Shown here: one piece after another, positions 13,923-25,452 of the stretch
How positions within the stretch are numbered: the stretch's first letter is position 1
Layout of the letters: every line of letters begins with the position of its first letter
Assembly (NCBI RefSeq): GCF_030028105.1
Contig: NC_092377.1
Coordinates: forward strand, 161,922,104-161,986,103
DNA: 64,000 nt
Direction of reading: 5' to 3'
DNA from: Mobula birostris
Taxonomy: Eukaryota
Position numbers and translations under genes: made by a program
The notes under the pieces: generated by a model
Told to the model about the DNA's origin: nothing
The model's input: only the letters and a program-made list of their open reading frames with translations
Database searches by the model: none

Positions 13923-16900
13923 TATATACATATACACACACACACTCTGCATTGTACTACTGCTGTTAAGTTAACAAATTTCATGTCATATTGTCATATC
14001 GCCATTCACTGTGATCATGTCAGCCATGATCACAGTGAATGGCTGTGCTGGCTCAAAGGGCCGAATGGCCTACTCCTGCACCTATTGTCTATTGTCTATC
14101 ATATGCTGGTAATATTAACCCAATTCTGATATTGTACCCAATGATACGCAGTTGTGGAATTGGCAAGAAATTGTCATTATCAATAGGTAAACTGTTAAAA
14201 CAAGCTCTAGATTAAGCCCAGTCAAGTTCATCCAAACGAGAAACAGTGTTGTACTACAAACTTAATGCCCTTCAGTAAAAATTAGCCTCGCTTTAACTAA
14301 GTAACTCTTACTCTGAAACGGATCAGTTTCTGACTTACCAAGGCAGCTTTTAATGGAGCAATTCGTTGCTGTAGCTTCTGATTAGTTTTGTCCCCCAAAT
14401 AGTATCTGAAAAGAGATATTTTAATATGAGAACAATATACAACTTGAATTTTTTATTCTCCACAGACATCGTCAAAGCAGAATACTGACCCCAAAGAGTC
14501 AATTGCAGAAAAAAAGTGGGGGTTGGGTGGAGAAGAGTGAAAAGTGTGGACTTAAAAAGCACATTGCAATATCTTCCAATTTAATAGCTAAGATCCTAGT
14601 TACTCATATTTTCAGCTTTTACATTTTTTCTTGAACCCTAGTTCTCCATGTGCCATGTTTGTTTCTTCCTTTACCTTCGCCTTCAAGTTTTCAGTAATTA
14701 TATTGAAATTCTCCTAAATATTTGAACATAGAGTAGTACAGTACATTACAGGCCCTTCAGCCCACAATGTTGTGCCGACCCTCAAACCCTGCCTCCCATA
14801 TAACCCCCCACCTTAAATTCCTCCATATACCTGTCTAGTAGCCTCTTATACTTCACTAGTATATCTGCCTCTACCACTGACTCAGGCAGTGCATTTCATG
14901 CACCAACCACTCTCTGAGTAAAAAACCTTCCTCTAATATCCCCCTTGAACTTTCCACCCCTTATCTTAAAGCCATGTCTTCTTGTATTGAGCAGTGGTGC
15001 CCTGGGGAAGAGGGAGATTTGAGTATATTAATGCCCCTATGTGTTTTGTAATTTTTGGAGGATAAAAAAAATGCACTTCCATTTATCAAACACTCAGTCT
15101 GAAGAAATTTTTAAAATGCAGTAATGAGACCTGGTTGAATAGACAATACCTAAGCAGCATGTTAGGGTAGTGGTTGTCGATGGAACAAAGCAGCACAATA
15201 GTTTGGCACATACCATATGGGCCAATGTACCTGTTTTTGTGTTGTGTTCTATGACTCTAAATCTGCTTGCTTGTTAGACCGCAGTCTAACCAGAAGACCA
15301 CAGTCTGTGCAGATTGATGATAACATATCCTCCTCGCGGACGATCAACACTTGTGTACCTCTGGGGTGTGTGCTTAGCCCACTGCTCTACTCTTTGTAAG
15401 CACACAGGCATAGCTCAAATACCATCTCCAAATTTGCTGACAATACAACCATTGTTGGTAGAATCTCAGGTGGTGACGAGATGGTGTACAGGCCTGAGAT
15501 ATGCCAACTTGTGGAATGCTGCCGCAGCAACAACCTGGCACTCAGCATCCATTTAGGAATCGAATGGCAGAGGGTAAGACGAAAGAGCTGATTGTGGACT
15601 TTAGGAGGGGTAAGACGAAGGAGCACATACCAATCCTCATAGAGGGATCAGAAGTGGTGAGAGTGAACAGCTTCAAGTTCCTCAGTGTCAACATCTCTGA
15701 GGATCTAACCTGGTCCCACCATATCGATGTAGTCATAAAAAAGACAAGGCAGCAGCTATACTTTATTAGGTGTTTGAAGAGATTTGACATGTCAACAAAT
15801 ACATTCAAAAACCTTTATATTTGTACAGTGGAGAGCATTCTGAAGGCTGCATCACTGTCTGGTATGGAGAGGCTACTGCACAGGACCAAAAGAAGCTGCA
15901 GAAGGTTGTAAATCTAGTTAGCTCCATCTTGGGCACTAGCCTACAAAATACCCAGGACATCTTCAGGAAGCAGTGACTCAGAAAGGCAGCGTCCATTAAT
16001 AAGAACCTCCAGCACCCAGGGCATTCCCTTTTCTCACTGCTACTATCAGGTAGGAGGTACAAAAGCTTGAAGGCACACACTCAGCGATTCAGGAACAGCT
16101 TCTTGCCCTCTGCCATCTGATTCCTAAATGGACATTGAAGCTTTGGACACTACCTCACTGTCTGTGAAGTCACCTCCAGACATTGGTTAAAACTAAACAA
16201 ATAGCCCATTTTTCTATTTTGTGATTGCTGTTTCAACCCTTTGACTCCTTGCAGGATAAGGAAACTAACACCAATATCCCTCGCATGCCAGCATCTCAAG
16301 CACTGAGGTCCTAATTACATTTCGTTGGTTTTGTTTGGACAAAGCATATTGTTCACATGCCTGATTTCTGACCTGATAAACAGATAAAAGGTCCAAGATA
16401 GAAATATTCCAAATAAAAACAAGAAAAAAAGCATTGAAAGGTTATTGACTTGAAATGGTAACTGATTAACCTCCCACTGATGCAACCTGACCTTGTGAGC
16501 AATTTCTGTTTTTATTTCTGAGCATCTGCAAATTTTTCCTTTTCATTCTTTGATGCATCAAGAGAGTAGATGATGAGACATTCCCTCACACAAAGTCCTG
16601 TGGAAGTAGTGTTGCGTGATAGAATATTTAGTCAGTTGTACTGGCTCTGTCCATCAAATACTTCTCAGAAAAGCATGACTGAACCCACTGCAATTAAACA
16701 ATAATTGTATCAAATGTTAATTATTCCATTGGATAATTAAACTTCTGTACTCAGTACATACTCTCTCTAAACCAGCAAATTCTCATGTAGGTTCTGAACA
16801 GCTCCAAACATGTACAGGTTACTAGGTTGATTGGTCATAAGTGAATAATTAGACAGCAGGGTCTCGTAGGGGCACAAGGGTCTGTTACTATGCTGCATCT

Positions 16901-19900
16901 CTAAACAGTTTTTTAGAAACAGTGTTTCTCTTGTGCTCTTCCATGTCCATTTCAACTGGCTGTTTGTACTGCCTGAGGCTATACTCTCTGGAGTTCAGAA
17001 GAATGAGAGGGGATCTTATCAAAACGTACAAAATTTTGAAAGGGGTAGATAAGATAGAAGTTGGAAAGTAGATAAGTAGGTGAGGCTAGAACTAGGGGAC
17101 ATAGCCTCAAGATTCAGGGGAGAAAATTTAAGGCAAGGATGAGGAGAAACTGTTTTTCCCAGAGAGTGGTGAATCTGTGGAATTCTCAGCCCAGGGAAGC
17201 AGCTGAGGCTTCTTCACTAAGTATATTTAAGAAACAGAGGGATAGGTTTTTACATAGTAATGGAATTAAGGGTTATAGGGAAAAGGCAGGTAGATGGAGC
17301 TGAGTTTATGGACAGATCAGCCATGATCCTATTGAATGGCGGGGCAGGATCGATGGGCCGGATGGCCTACTCCTGCTCCTATTTCTTATGTTCTTATATG
17401 TATCAATGCTAGTTACTTCCATATCCTTCGGCTCTAAAAGATTATACCCATAGAACTTGTGCTAACTTCAGCAAGAAATAAATTCAATAGCAACTGATTT
17501 TAATCATTGTACATTATGCAAAATTAATCTCATAATAAAGTTGGTTAAAATCGGCACACCATTAAAGGAGTCTCACCAAGTGTTCATGTCAGATAACGGT
17601 GGGGATCTGGAGACAAGTTACGAGGTTGAGTGAAAACTAGAAGAGCAGGAAGACTTCGGGTTGGTTTGAAATTAGTCATTCAACCAAATTACATTACAAC
17701 AGAAATAATATAAAATTAACCTTTGAGAAAAATGATCATCAATACTTACGCCAGAAACAGGAATATGTAGTTTTCAAAAAGAAAAAAAAAACACCCCAAC
17801 AATACTACAGGGGAGAAAAGGGACAAATCTATCAGATAATTGCCGCACTCATGTAATGTAACCCATACGCATTTTGACTAGAATGTTTTCCGAACTAATG
17901 TGGACAAACCTGTCATTAGGACCCGGAATCTTCAGTTTCCCCTTTCTCTGGAGATAGGCTGCAAGTTGTTGCCTTCGGCATTCTGTTTCAGAGGGGGAAA
18001 GAATTGTTATGGGTTAAACTTGTAATCATCATTTAATTAAATCTAAAAATGCACTGAAATCACAAAACTTTCTCAGGATAAAGTGGTGATTGCATTTGCT
18101 TGAAAATACAACTGCTGAAATCACAAACTACGCAATGCGTAACCAATAAAAATCTGTTGCAAGTTGCTCATAATCAAGCAACCACAATTTACTTCTCATA
18201 AATTCTTGGCAACTCAGCTCAAACCTTTTCAAGCTGGTTTGTTATACAGCTTTTGTAATAGATTCCAACATTTTTTCTACCATCTGCATTAGATGAGTAG
18301 GTTGATAATTCCCCAATTTATTCTTCCCTTCTTTCTTTAATATAGTTCACATTTGTAATGCTTCCACAGAAATTATTCCAAAATGTATGGAATCCCAGAA
18401 AGTGACAACCAAAGCATCAACTGTTGTTAAAATCCTGTCCAAAGCTCTGGGATGTAGTTCATCAGGTCCTTGGTATATATCAGTTTTCAGACTCACCAAC
18501 TTTTCTAATACTCTGTTTGGTCAACAGATAAATCCTGCAGTTCCTCATACTACATCCTTGGTTCTCTAACATTGCTTGTCTTCCATAATTGTTTAATTTC
18601 ACTGCTTTTTTCCATTATAATTTCCAATGTCTGTGCCCTTGCTAGTAGTACCTGAAAATGCCCTTCAAGGCAAACACCATCCTACTTAGCAACATACACA
18701 AAACAGTGGAGGAACTCAGCAGGTTAGGCAGCATCTATGGAAAAGAATAAACAGTCGACAGGTGGAGGGAGGGGAAAGAGACTAGCTGGAATCTGGTAGG
18801 TGAAGCCAGCTTCGTGGGAAAGGTCAAGGGCCGGAGACAAAAGAATTTAATAGGTGAGGAGAATGGACCATGGGACAAAGGGAAGGAGAAGGAGACCCAG
18901 CAGGGGTAAGTAATAGGCAGGTGAGAAGTACAAGGTCTGAGTGCGGAATTTGTTGACCGGAAGCAGAAATCTATATTCATGCCATCAGGATGGAGGGTAC
19001 CCAGATGGAATATAAAGTGTTGGTCCTCCACTGGAGGGTGGCCTCCTCTTGACTCAAGAGGAAGCCATGGATTGTCATGTCGGAACGGGAGTGGGAATCA
19101 GAATTAAAATGTTTGGTCACAGGGAAGTCCCGCTTGTGGCGGATGGTGTGAAGGTGCACTGCCTCAACGACTACCGTCCCGTCGCACTCACGTCCATCAC
19201 CATGAAGCCCTCCTCACTGGACCCCCTGCAGTTTGCATACCGTCCCAACCATTCAACAGACAACGCCATTGCCATCACTCTCCACCTGGCCAAAAAAGAC
19301 ACGTACATTCGAATGCTGTTCATAGACTTCAGTTCAGCATTTAACACAATCATTCCTCAGAAACTGATTGGAAAGCTGAGCCTACTGGGCCTGAACACCT
19401 CCCTCTGCAACTGGATCCTAACTGGGAGACCTCAGTCAGTCCGGATCAGAAGCAGCATCTCCAACACCATCACACTGAGCACGGGGGCCCCTCAGGGCTG
19501 TGTGCTCAGTCCACTGCTGTTCACTCTGCGGCAACACACAGCTCGAACCACATCATCAAGTTCGCCGATGACACGACCGTGGTGGGTCTCATCAGCAAGA
19601 ACGATGGGTCAGCACAGAGAGGAGGTGCAGCAGCTAATGGACTGGTGCAGAGCCAACAACCTGTCTCTGAATGTGAAAAAACAAAAGAGATGGTTGTTAA
19701 CTTCAGGAGGACATGGAGCGACCACTCTCCGCTAAACATCGACGACTTCTCCATAGAGATCGTTAAGAGCACCAAATTTTTTGGTGTTCACCTGGCGGAG
19801 AATCTCACCTGGCTCCTCAGCACCAGCTCCATAGCAAAGAAAGCCCAGCAGCGTCTCTACTTTCTGCAAAGGCTGAAAAAGTCCATCTCCCACCCCCGAT

Positions 19901-22243
19901 CCTCACCACATTCTACAGAGGTTGTATTGAAAGCATCCTGAGCAGCTGCATCACTGCCTGGTTCGGAAATTGCACCATCTTGGATCGCAAGACCCTGCAG
20001 CAGATAGTGAGGTCAGCTGAGAAGATCATCGGGGTCTCTCTTCCCACCATTAGAGACATTTACACCACACGCTGCATCCACAAAGCAAACAGCACTATGA
20101 AGGACTCCATGCACCCCTCATACAAACTCTTTTCCCTCCTGCCATCTGGCAAAAGGCACCGAAGCATTTGGGCTCTCACTACCAGACTATGTAACAGTTT
20201 CTTCCCCCAGGTCATCAGACCCCTCAATACCCAGAGCCTGGACTGACATCAACCTACTGCCCTCTACTGTGCCTATTGTCTTGTTTATTATTTATTGTAA
20301 CACCTGCACTGTTTTGTGCACTTTATGCAGTCCTGGGTAGGTCTGTAGTCTAGTGTAGTTTTGTGGTTTTTTTTACGTAGTTCAGTGTAGTTTTTGAATT
20401 GTTCATGTAGCACCATGGTCCTGAAAAACGCTGTCTCGTTTTTACTGTGTACTGTACCAGTAGTTATGGTCGAAATGACAATAAAAAATGACTCGACTTG
20501 ACTTGAAATGATGGGTTGAATTACTGGGACTCCATACCTTTTAAAAATAAATTGGTAAATTGGTTTATTAATGTCACATGTAATGAGATTTTGCATCCAT
20601 CCATACTGATCATTACAACAGTACATTGAGGTGATACAAGGGAAAACAATAACAGAATGCACCGAAAGTGCAGTGCTAGCCGATCATAAGGTGCTAGTCC
20701 ATAACGAGGTAGTTTGTGAGGTCAAAAGTTCATTTTATCATACTGTGGATTATTCAATAGTTAGTGGTGCAGAAGCTGTTCTCAAGCCTGCTGACAGGTG
20801 CTTTCAGGCTTTTAATTTCTACCTGGTAGTAGAGGTGAAGATGACAGAATGTCCATGTTGTCTTACCAAGGCAGCAAGAAATGATGAGTCTACAGAGAAA
20901 AATCAGCTATCTATTAATTTCCATACATGTGGCCTGACCTACTGGGTTCCTCCAGCATTTTGTGTGCCCACGGAGGGCCTCTTGAAAAGGACCCTCTAAT
21001 GGACATTCTGATGCAAAAGCCCTATATGAGGTTTTGAAAGATTAGCAGGCTCACATTACAGCAATATTAATCACAGCAAAACCACTGGAGGAACTTAGTG
21101 GGTCAAGCAGCATTTATGGAGGTAAAAGGACGGCCGGCAATTTAGATCGACGGCGTACATTGAGAATCAACATGGCAGCAGACCTCTGCCATCTCTTCCT
21201 ACATAAGACACGAAAGGTGCACATGCCACTTGCCTGGTAGAGCAAAAACTATCGTGTTTTATTGTAGGTTTTGATATAGTCCACTCTGGATGCTGACAGA
21301 GCCCAGTATCTTATTCTGACCCTTAAATTCTTCATCTCCCATCATCCAGCAAACCAAACTGCCCTGGAAGAAACCGGTTCATGGTTCATGCTCTAATTTG
21401 GAGAGGCCAAACTCAGATTGTATGATGACTTGCAAAACACTACGATAAGGTCAGTAAGGTCGACTCTGAGCTTCCAGTTGCCTCTCACTTTAATTCTCCA
21501 TCACATTCATCCTTCAATGTTTCTCCTATAGCATCAGGTACAAGAGGTTGTATCTCATGTTCAAGCTTTTTGTCATGCATACATATCTAGTGTATACATG
21601 ACATGAAAATTAGTTTTTGCAGCAGCAGTAATAGCACAGTGCATTAGAAAGATGATAAATCTTTTACACAAAACTTACATGACACAATAACCAAAACAAA
21701 ACCACAACGTTTAAGCAATTTGACAGAAGTATCTACTTGCATGTAGAACAGCTTACTTGCATCAGCATCACAGGCTACACCCCTCATCCAATCTGCTCAA
21801 CCTGTCGGTTCGTAGAAGCTATTTCTACCTTGACAACTTCGTTCTGCACTTAGAGACATTCATTGCTCTCTCTACTCCCTCCACCAAAAGCACTTCTTGT
21901 TTGTTTACTATTCAAATACTGATTGAGATGTCAAGGGCTGTTTCTTTCCCCAAAGATGCACTTTGACCTTCTGGGGCACTTCCAATATTCTTGGGTTTTT
22001 TTTGGTCATAATTTCAGTAACTCTATCTAAAATTAAAGACCCAAGGCAGATCAGACCTTAAAGCATGGATGTCAGCACTAAACAGATGTCCACTCCCCAC
22101 CCATATTGACCACGGGCGCCCGCGGTCCCCAGCTGGACGAAAAGGTGGGCAAACCCCTTATTGAGACGCTGCCAGATCCTCCTCACCCCACCTTTACCTG
22201 ATTCGGCGATCCGAGCGCTGTCACACCGCCTTCTCGTCTCCAT
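367..22243 (-). CDS. ckap2l: Cytoskeleton-associated protein 2-like, 5' part (5 coding exons, 492 codons; gene runs off the left edge)
   Basis: Exons 22243-22198, 17982-17910, 14405-14339, 12798-11711 and 568-367 join in phase (1,2,0,2) at GT-AG sites. Motifs [18 protein letters not shown] and [21 protein letters not shown] match the CKAP2L N-terminus and the start of the CKAP2_C domain. Lies next to IL1, as in tetrapods. Confidence 0.92.
1165..1375 (-). mobile_element. Terminal fragment of a second Penelope-like family
   Basis: Minus strand CCTGATGAAGGTGGCAGAGTTTGTCC.., a degenerate hammerhead-like terminus, followed by ..GAAGCCCGAGAATTTATT. Confidence 0.5.
1376..2280 (-). mobile_element. 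Rex1/Babar LINE fragments
   Basis: LNAFYAHFD and [17 protein letters not shown]; (TTTGAAC) tail at ~1905-1920. Confidence 0.75.
2440..3290 (+). mobile_element. Gypsy/Ty3 LTR retrotransposon remnant (aspartic protease region)
   Basis: ORF 2632-2856 has [11 protein letters not shown], a retropepsin DTG motif; continues after the CR1 insertion at 7399. Confidence 0.75.
3674..4575 (-). mobile_element. Tigger/pogo-like DNA transposon, internally deleted, nested in CR1
   Basis: TIRs CAGTCAGCCCTCCTTATCCGCG and CGTGGATAAGGAGGGCCGACTG followed by TA; CENP-B-type HTH remnant [17 protein letters not shown] (ORF 4218-4475). Confidence 0.85.
3767..3917. other. Assembly gap (151 N)
   Basis: Run of n. 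Confidence 1.
7399..8653 (+). mobile_element. Gypsy remnant: pol fragment, polypurine tract and 3' LTR (~7928-8653)
   Basis: FSTDKSDV...[13 protein letters not shown] (typical pre-RT segment); GGGGAGAGGG PPT directly before TGTAATG; ends at ...GGTTAC. Confidence 0.7.
9788..10985. mobile_element. Penelope-like element with inverted termini (~150-200 bp)
   Basis: Left end is the reverse complement of the right end; GIY-YIG-region remnant [22 protein letters not shown]; [15 protein letters not shown] fragment at ~10585-10650. Confidence 0.85.
9849..9890 (-). ncRNA. Minimal type I hammerhead ribozyme motif (Penelope terminus)
   Basis: Minus strand CAGTTAGTC-CTGATGA-AGGGTCTCGGCCA-GAAA-CGTC-AACTG, with core boxes CUGAUGA, GAAA and GUC. 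Confidence 0.65.
11113..11645. mobile_element. Non-autonomous Tc1/mariner element (MITE-like)
   Basis: TA-flanked TIR-like ends CACTTAGTGGTTACTT.. and CCTAATAAAGTGGCTACTGTGTG; related copies at ~60138-60325 and ~61755-61935. Confidence 0.7.
11711..12798 (-). CDS. ckap2l: ckap2l exon 4 (large low-complexity exon with KEN box and 13-aa repeat)
   Basis: Within ORF 11707-12825. Acceptor tttcag|GGG and donor AG|gtaaac; 1088 nt; phase 2 joins DERR|KQLEEW; contains GKENK. Confidence 0.9.
12127..12357 (-). repeat. Coding minisatellite, 39-bp unit x ~6 ([13 protein letters not shown])
   Basis: ggcggccctg recurs at 12151, 12190, 12229, 12268, 12307 and 12346; near-perfect and very GC-rich. Confidence 0.95.
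14339..14405 (-). CDS. ckap2l: ckap2l exon 3
   Basis: cttttcag|A TAC TAT TTG GGG GAC AAA ACT AAT ... GCC TTG|gtaagt; 67 nt; [11 protein letters not shown]; phases 2 and 0 fit the neighbouring exons. Confidence 0.85.
15270..16160 (+). mobile_element. Rex1/Babar LINE 3' fragment
   Basis: [48 protein letters not shown]. Confidence 0.88.
16741..16971 (-). pseudogene. Orphan fragment of il1b last exon and 3'UTR inside ckap2l intron 2
   Basis: Minus-strand frame reads [16 protein letters not shown] (compare KQPVEMDEKKHHNR and RQPVEMDVKEHRKR). 16741-16805 matches il1b 3'UTR at ~30188-30245 and ~49590-49650. Confidence 0.75.
16973..17397 (+). mobile_element. CR1 LINE 3' end
   Basis: [14 protein letters not shown]..; tail CCTACTCCTGCTCCTATTTCTTATGTTCTTAT. 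Confidence 0.85.
17910..17982 (-). CDS. ckap2l: ckap2l exon 2
   Basis: aaacag|AA TGC CGA... encodes [25 protein letters not shown]; donor AG|gtttgt; 73 nt. Confidence 0.9.
18690..19155 (-). mobile_element. Penelope-like element 3' fragment
   Basis: [21 protein letters not shown]; [10 protein letters not shown]. Confidence 0.8.
19156..20505 (+). mobile_element. Rex1/Babar LINE RT fragment with 3' tail
   Basis: [46 protein letters not shown]; tail AATAAAAA..(GACTT)n. Confidence 0.9.
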
Positions 22244-22460
22244 GTCGCCACTCGCCGCACCACAACCGCCGTTGCGTTCAACCCAGCCACCACCGTTCGC
22301 GCCGCTCCCTGACGGGAGGCGCCGCCATCGACGTATTTCAAATTCGGCCAATCGCAGCCCCGATGCCCTCGGTCGCGCCCTCTGACGTGGTCGGCGGGCT
22401 CGGGAGGCTGGCCGCCAGAGGGGCGGGAACTTGAGTGAGACGTGTTGTCAGCCTCCATCC
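22100..22460 (-). promoter_or_regulatory. ckap2l CpG-island promoter with CHR, CCAAT, CRE-like and E2F/GC-box motifs
   Basis: CpG-rich segment. TTTGAA (CHR) on minus at 22337-22342, CCAAT 22348-22352, TGACGT 22383-22388, GGCGGGAA 22422-22429. Confidence 0.75.
22198..22243 (-). CDS. ckap2l: ckap2l exon 1 coding part
   Basis: Strong Kozak gacATGG inside a CpG island; [16 protein letters not shown]|gtaaag; phase 1 fits exon 2. Confidence 0.8.
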
Positions 22461-23110
22461 TAGCAAGCCCTTTCTCCTCCGTTCAGAGCCCCAAACCGTG
22501 CTTCCAGGTGAGGTAACGCAAAAGATTCACCTGCGAATCTGCCGGGGTCCGATACGGCCTCCTCTACATTGGTGAGACCCGTGGTAAATTGGGAGACCGC
22601 CTCTGTACCATCCGCCATAGGCGGGACTTCACGATAGCCAATTATTTACATTCCGATTTCCATTCCCGTTTCGACGTGTTGGTCCATGCCTCCTCTTGTG
22701 CCAAGTTGTGTCCACCCTCAGGGTGGAGGAGCAACCCCTTGTATTACGTCTAGGTAGCCTCCAACCTGATGGCATAAATATCAATTTCTCCTGGCGGTGA
22801 ATAAATTCCCCCCTCTGCCCTTTCACTTCTTCTCACCTGCCTGTTACTTGCCCCTGGGTCCACTGTTCCCCTTTTCCCGCGGTCCACTCTCTGCTATCAG
22901 ATTCTTTTTTTTCTCCAGCCCTTTATCTTTCCTACCCACTTCTCTTCACCTATCACCCTCCAGCTCTCCTCGTTTCTCCTCCCTCCACCCTTTTATTCTC
23001 ACGTATTTCCTCTTCCTTCTCAGTCCTGAAGAAGGGTCTTGGCCCAAAACGCCGACTGTCTATTAGATGTTGCCTGACCTGCTGAGTTCATCCAGTATTT
23101 TGTGTCTGTT
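22460..23110 (+). mobile_element. Penelope-like 3' fragment directly upstream of the ckap2l promoter
   Basis: LLYIGET (GIY-YIG), [16 protein letters not shown]; terminal hammerhead-like motif at 23021-23058. Confidence 0.8.
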
Positions 23111-23114
23111 CTGT

Positions 23115-25165
23115 TGTTAGCTGGTGTAGGAGGGATGTTGATGAAAGACAGGGCTTATGATGTAAGCTATCATAAGCTCTGGCATCTGCCTGAGGAAGCC
23201 CTGGAGAAGTTGCTTGAGTTTTATAATGAGGTCTGGAAGCACTGAATTCCTCCAGGACACTGGAAAGGAATCTGAATCAGATTTATTATCACCTGCATGT
23301 GACGTGAAATTTTGAACTTAGCAGCAGCAGTTCAATGCAATACATAATCTAGCAGAGAGAGAGAAAAAAACAATAAAATAAAACATAATAAACAAGTAAA
23401 TCAATATAGATTATTAAAAATGTGAAAAAACAGAAATACTATATATTAAAAATAAAGTGAGGTAATATCCAAAGCTTCAAAGTCCATTTAGGAATCAGAT
23501 GGCAGAGGGGAAGAAGCTGATCCTGAATCGCTGAGTGTGTGCCTTCAGGCTTCTGTATCTCCTACCTGATGGTAACAGTGAGAAAGGGGCATGCCCTGGG
23601 TGCTGGAGGTCTTTAATAATGGACGCTGCCTTTCTGAGACACCGCTTCTTAAAGATGTCCTGGGTACTTTGTAGGCTAGTACCCAAGATGGAGCTGACTA
23701 GATTAGCAACCTTCTGCAGCTTCTTTTGGTCCTGTGCAGTAGCCTCTCCATACCAGACAGTGATGCAGCCTGTCAGAATGCTGCCCACGATGTAATTATA
23801 GAAGTTTTTGAGTGTATTTGTGGACATGCCAAATTGCTTCAAACTCCTAATAAAGTATAGCCACTGTCTTGCCTTCTTTATGACTACATCAGTATGCTGA
23901 GACCAGGTTAGATCCTCAGAGATCTTGACACCCAGGAACTTGAAGCTGCTCACTCTCTCTACTTCTGATCCCTCTATGAGGATTGGTGTGTGTTCCTTCA
24001 TCTTACCCTTCCAGAAGTCCACAATCAGCTCTTTCGTCTTACTGACATTGAGTGCCACAGGCCTATTGCTCTTGCTTCACTATGCAAAATAATGGAGAAA
24101 ATTATATTGACTAGGCAGATGTGTGTTTTGGAGAAGAGAGAGTTGCTACCAATGTGGGTTTCTTGAAGGGAGATCTATATGTGATGCCCTTGTACTAATG
24201 AGAAATGATACTCAGAAAGCTTTTACAGTGAAAGAATTTGTAGTTGCTGTGTTGTTGGAGATTGAGAAAGTTTAGGATAAGCTATGGACGGAGGGGCTTC
24301 TGATTAAATCAGTTCGCTTGGTTTTGGTGGTAGGTTTTACAACTGGGTTTTTGCAGTGTTTTGTTTGGCCAGTTGTTTAACATGAGGGTAAGTGAAGAAA
24401 TGTCATCAGAGTTTGTGGTGGATAATGGGACCCTTAGGATAGTGTTATTAGTCCGATAATGTATAATCTGATGATTGATTGTATTTTTGATGGTGTTGGT
24501 CCTGGGTTCAGTTCAGCTTCTGATGATGGGGCTCTAGAATACTGCCTTTGTGGTAAGGTCTGTGCAAACAGCGTTATCAGCATTGGAAAAGTGGACTTCA
24601 GACTAGGGTTTAAAATTTTCCAAGTCAAAATATATGTTTTTTTTTACTCAAGAGTGTGGATTACATTCACCTTGCTCTGTAAGGGTGTTTGGTTTCAGGG
24701 GTTCCATATTTGATACTATGGCTGGATGCGGGACTGACTTGGAGAGCACGTAATAAAATTTTTGGAGGATAAATGCAAGCAGATCATTAACTTTATGCGC
24801 TGCATGGCTGGGTGTGACTGGGGAGCTTCTAGGGGTATTGACAATTTATTGTGCTTTAATATGCTCTTGTCAGGATTATAGTTGAATTATTTATGGGGAG
24901 ACAGCTTGTTCAGTTTTACATAAGTTGGATGTTCTATCGGCCAGTGTATTTAGAGCATTCCACACCACACCTAAAGATCCATTGGGAGTTGAACTAGGCA
25001 ATTTGTCTCTTGACCTGCTTGAGAAAAATTGAACCTTGTATACTGGACTTCCTTAGTAGGGTGGGGGGGAGCATCCCATTTGACATATTCTGTTTTAATG
25101 GATATTTGGGAATATATAAACAGAGTTGGTAAATATTTTGGGCAGATAGTTAAGGAATCGAACTG
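23115..25165 (+). mobile_element. Old I/Nimb-like LINE RT remnant, split by a Rex1 insertion
   Basis: RPIALASLCKIMEK, GRSICDAL, VISPIMYNLMIDCIF..DDGAL; clade assignment is tentative. Confidence 0.6.
23270..24056 (-). mobile_element. Rex1/Babar LINE 3' fragment
   Basis: ORF 23495-24058 [26 protein letters not shown]; (GATTCA) tail. Confidence 0.9.
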
Positions 25166-25452
25166 AGCAAGACATCAGCAGTATACCAGACACTCAAGGG
25201 TAGCAGGGAAGAGAAGTGTGCGCAGTCACAATTACGAAAGAGAAAGTACTCAGGAAGCTGAATAGTCTAAAGGTAGATAAATCTCCCGGACTAGATGGAA
25301 TGCACCTCGTGTTCTGAAGGATCTGTGGAGATTGCGGAGGAATTAGCGATGATCTTTCAAAAGTCGATAGATTCTGGCATGGTTCTGGAGGACAGGAAGA
25401 TTGCAAATGTCACTCCGCTACTTAAGAAGGGGGCAAGGAAGCAAAAAGGAAG

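Noticed and set aside
13891-13945. (TA)n/(CA)n microsatellite
   Set aside because: Ordinary simple repeat within a Rex1 3' remnant.
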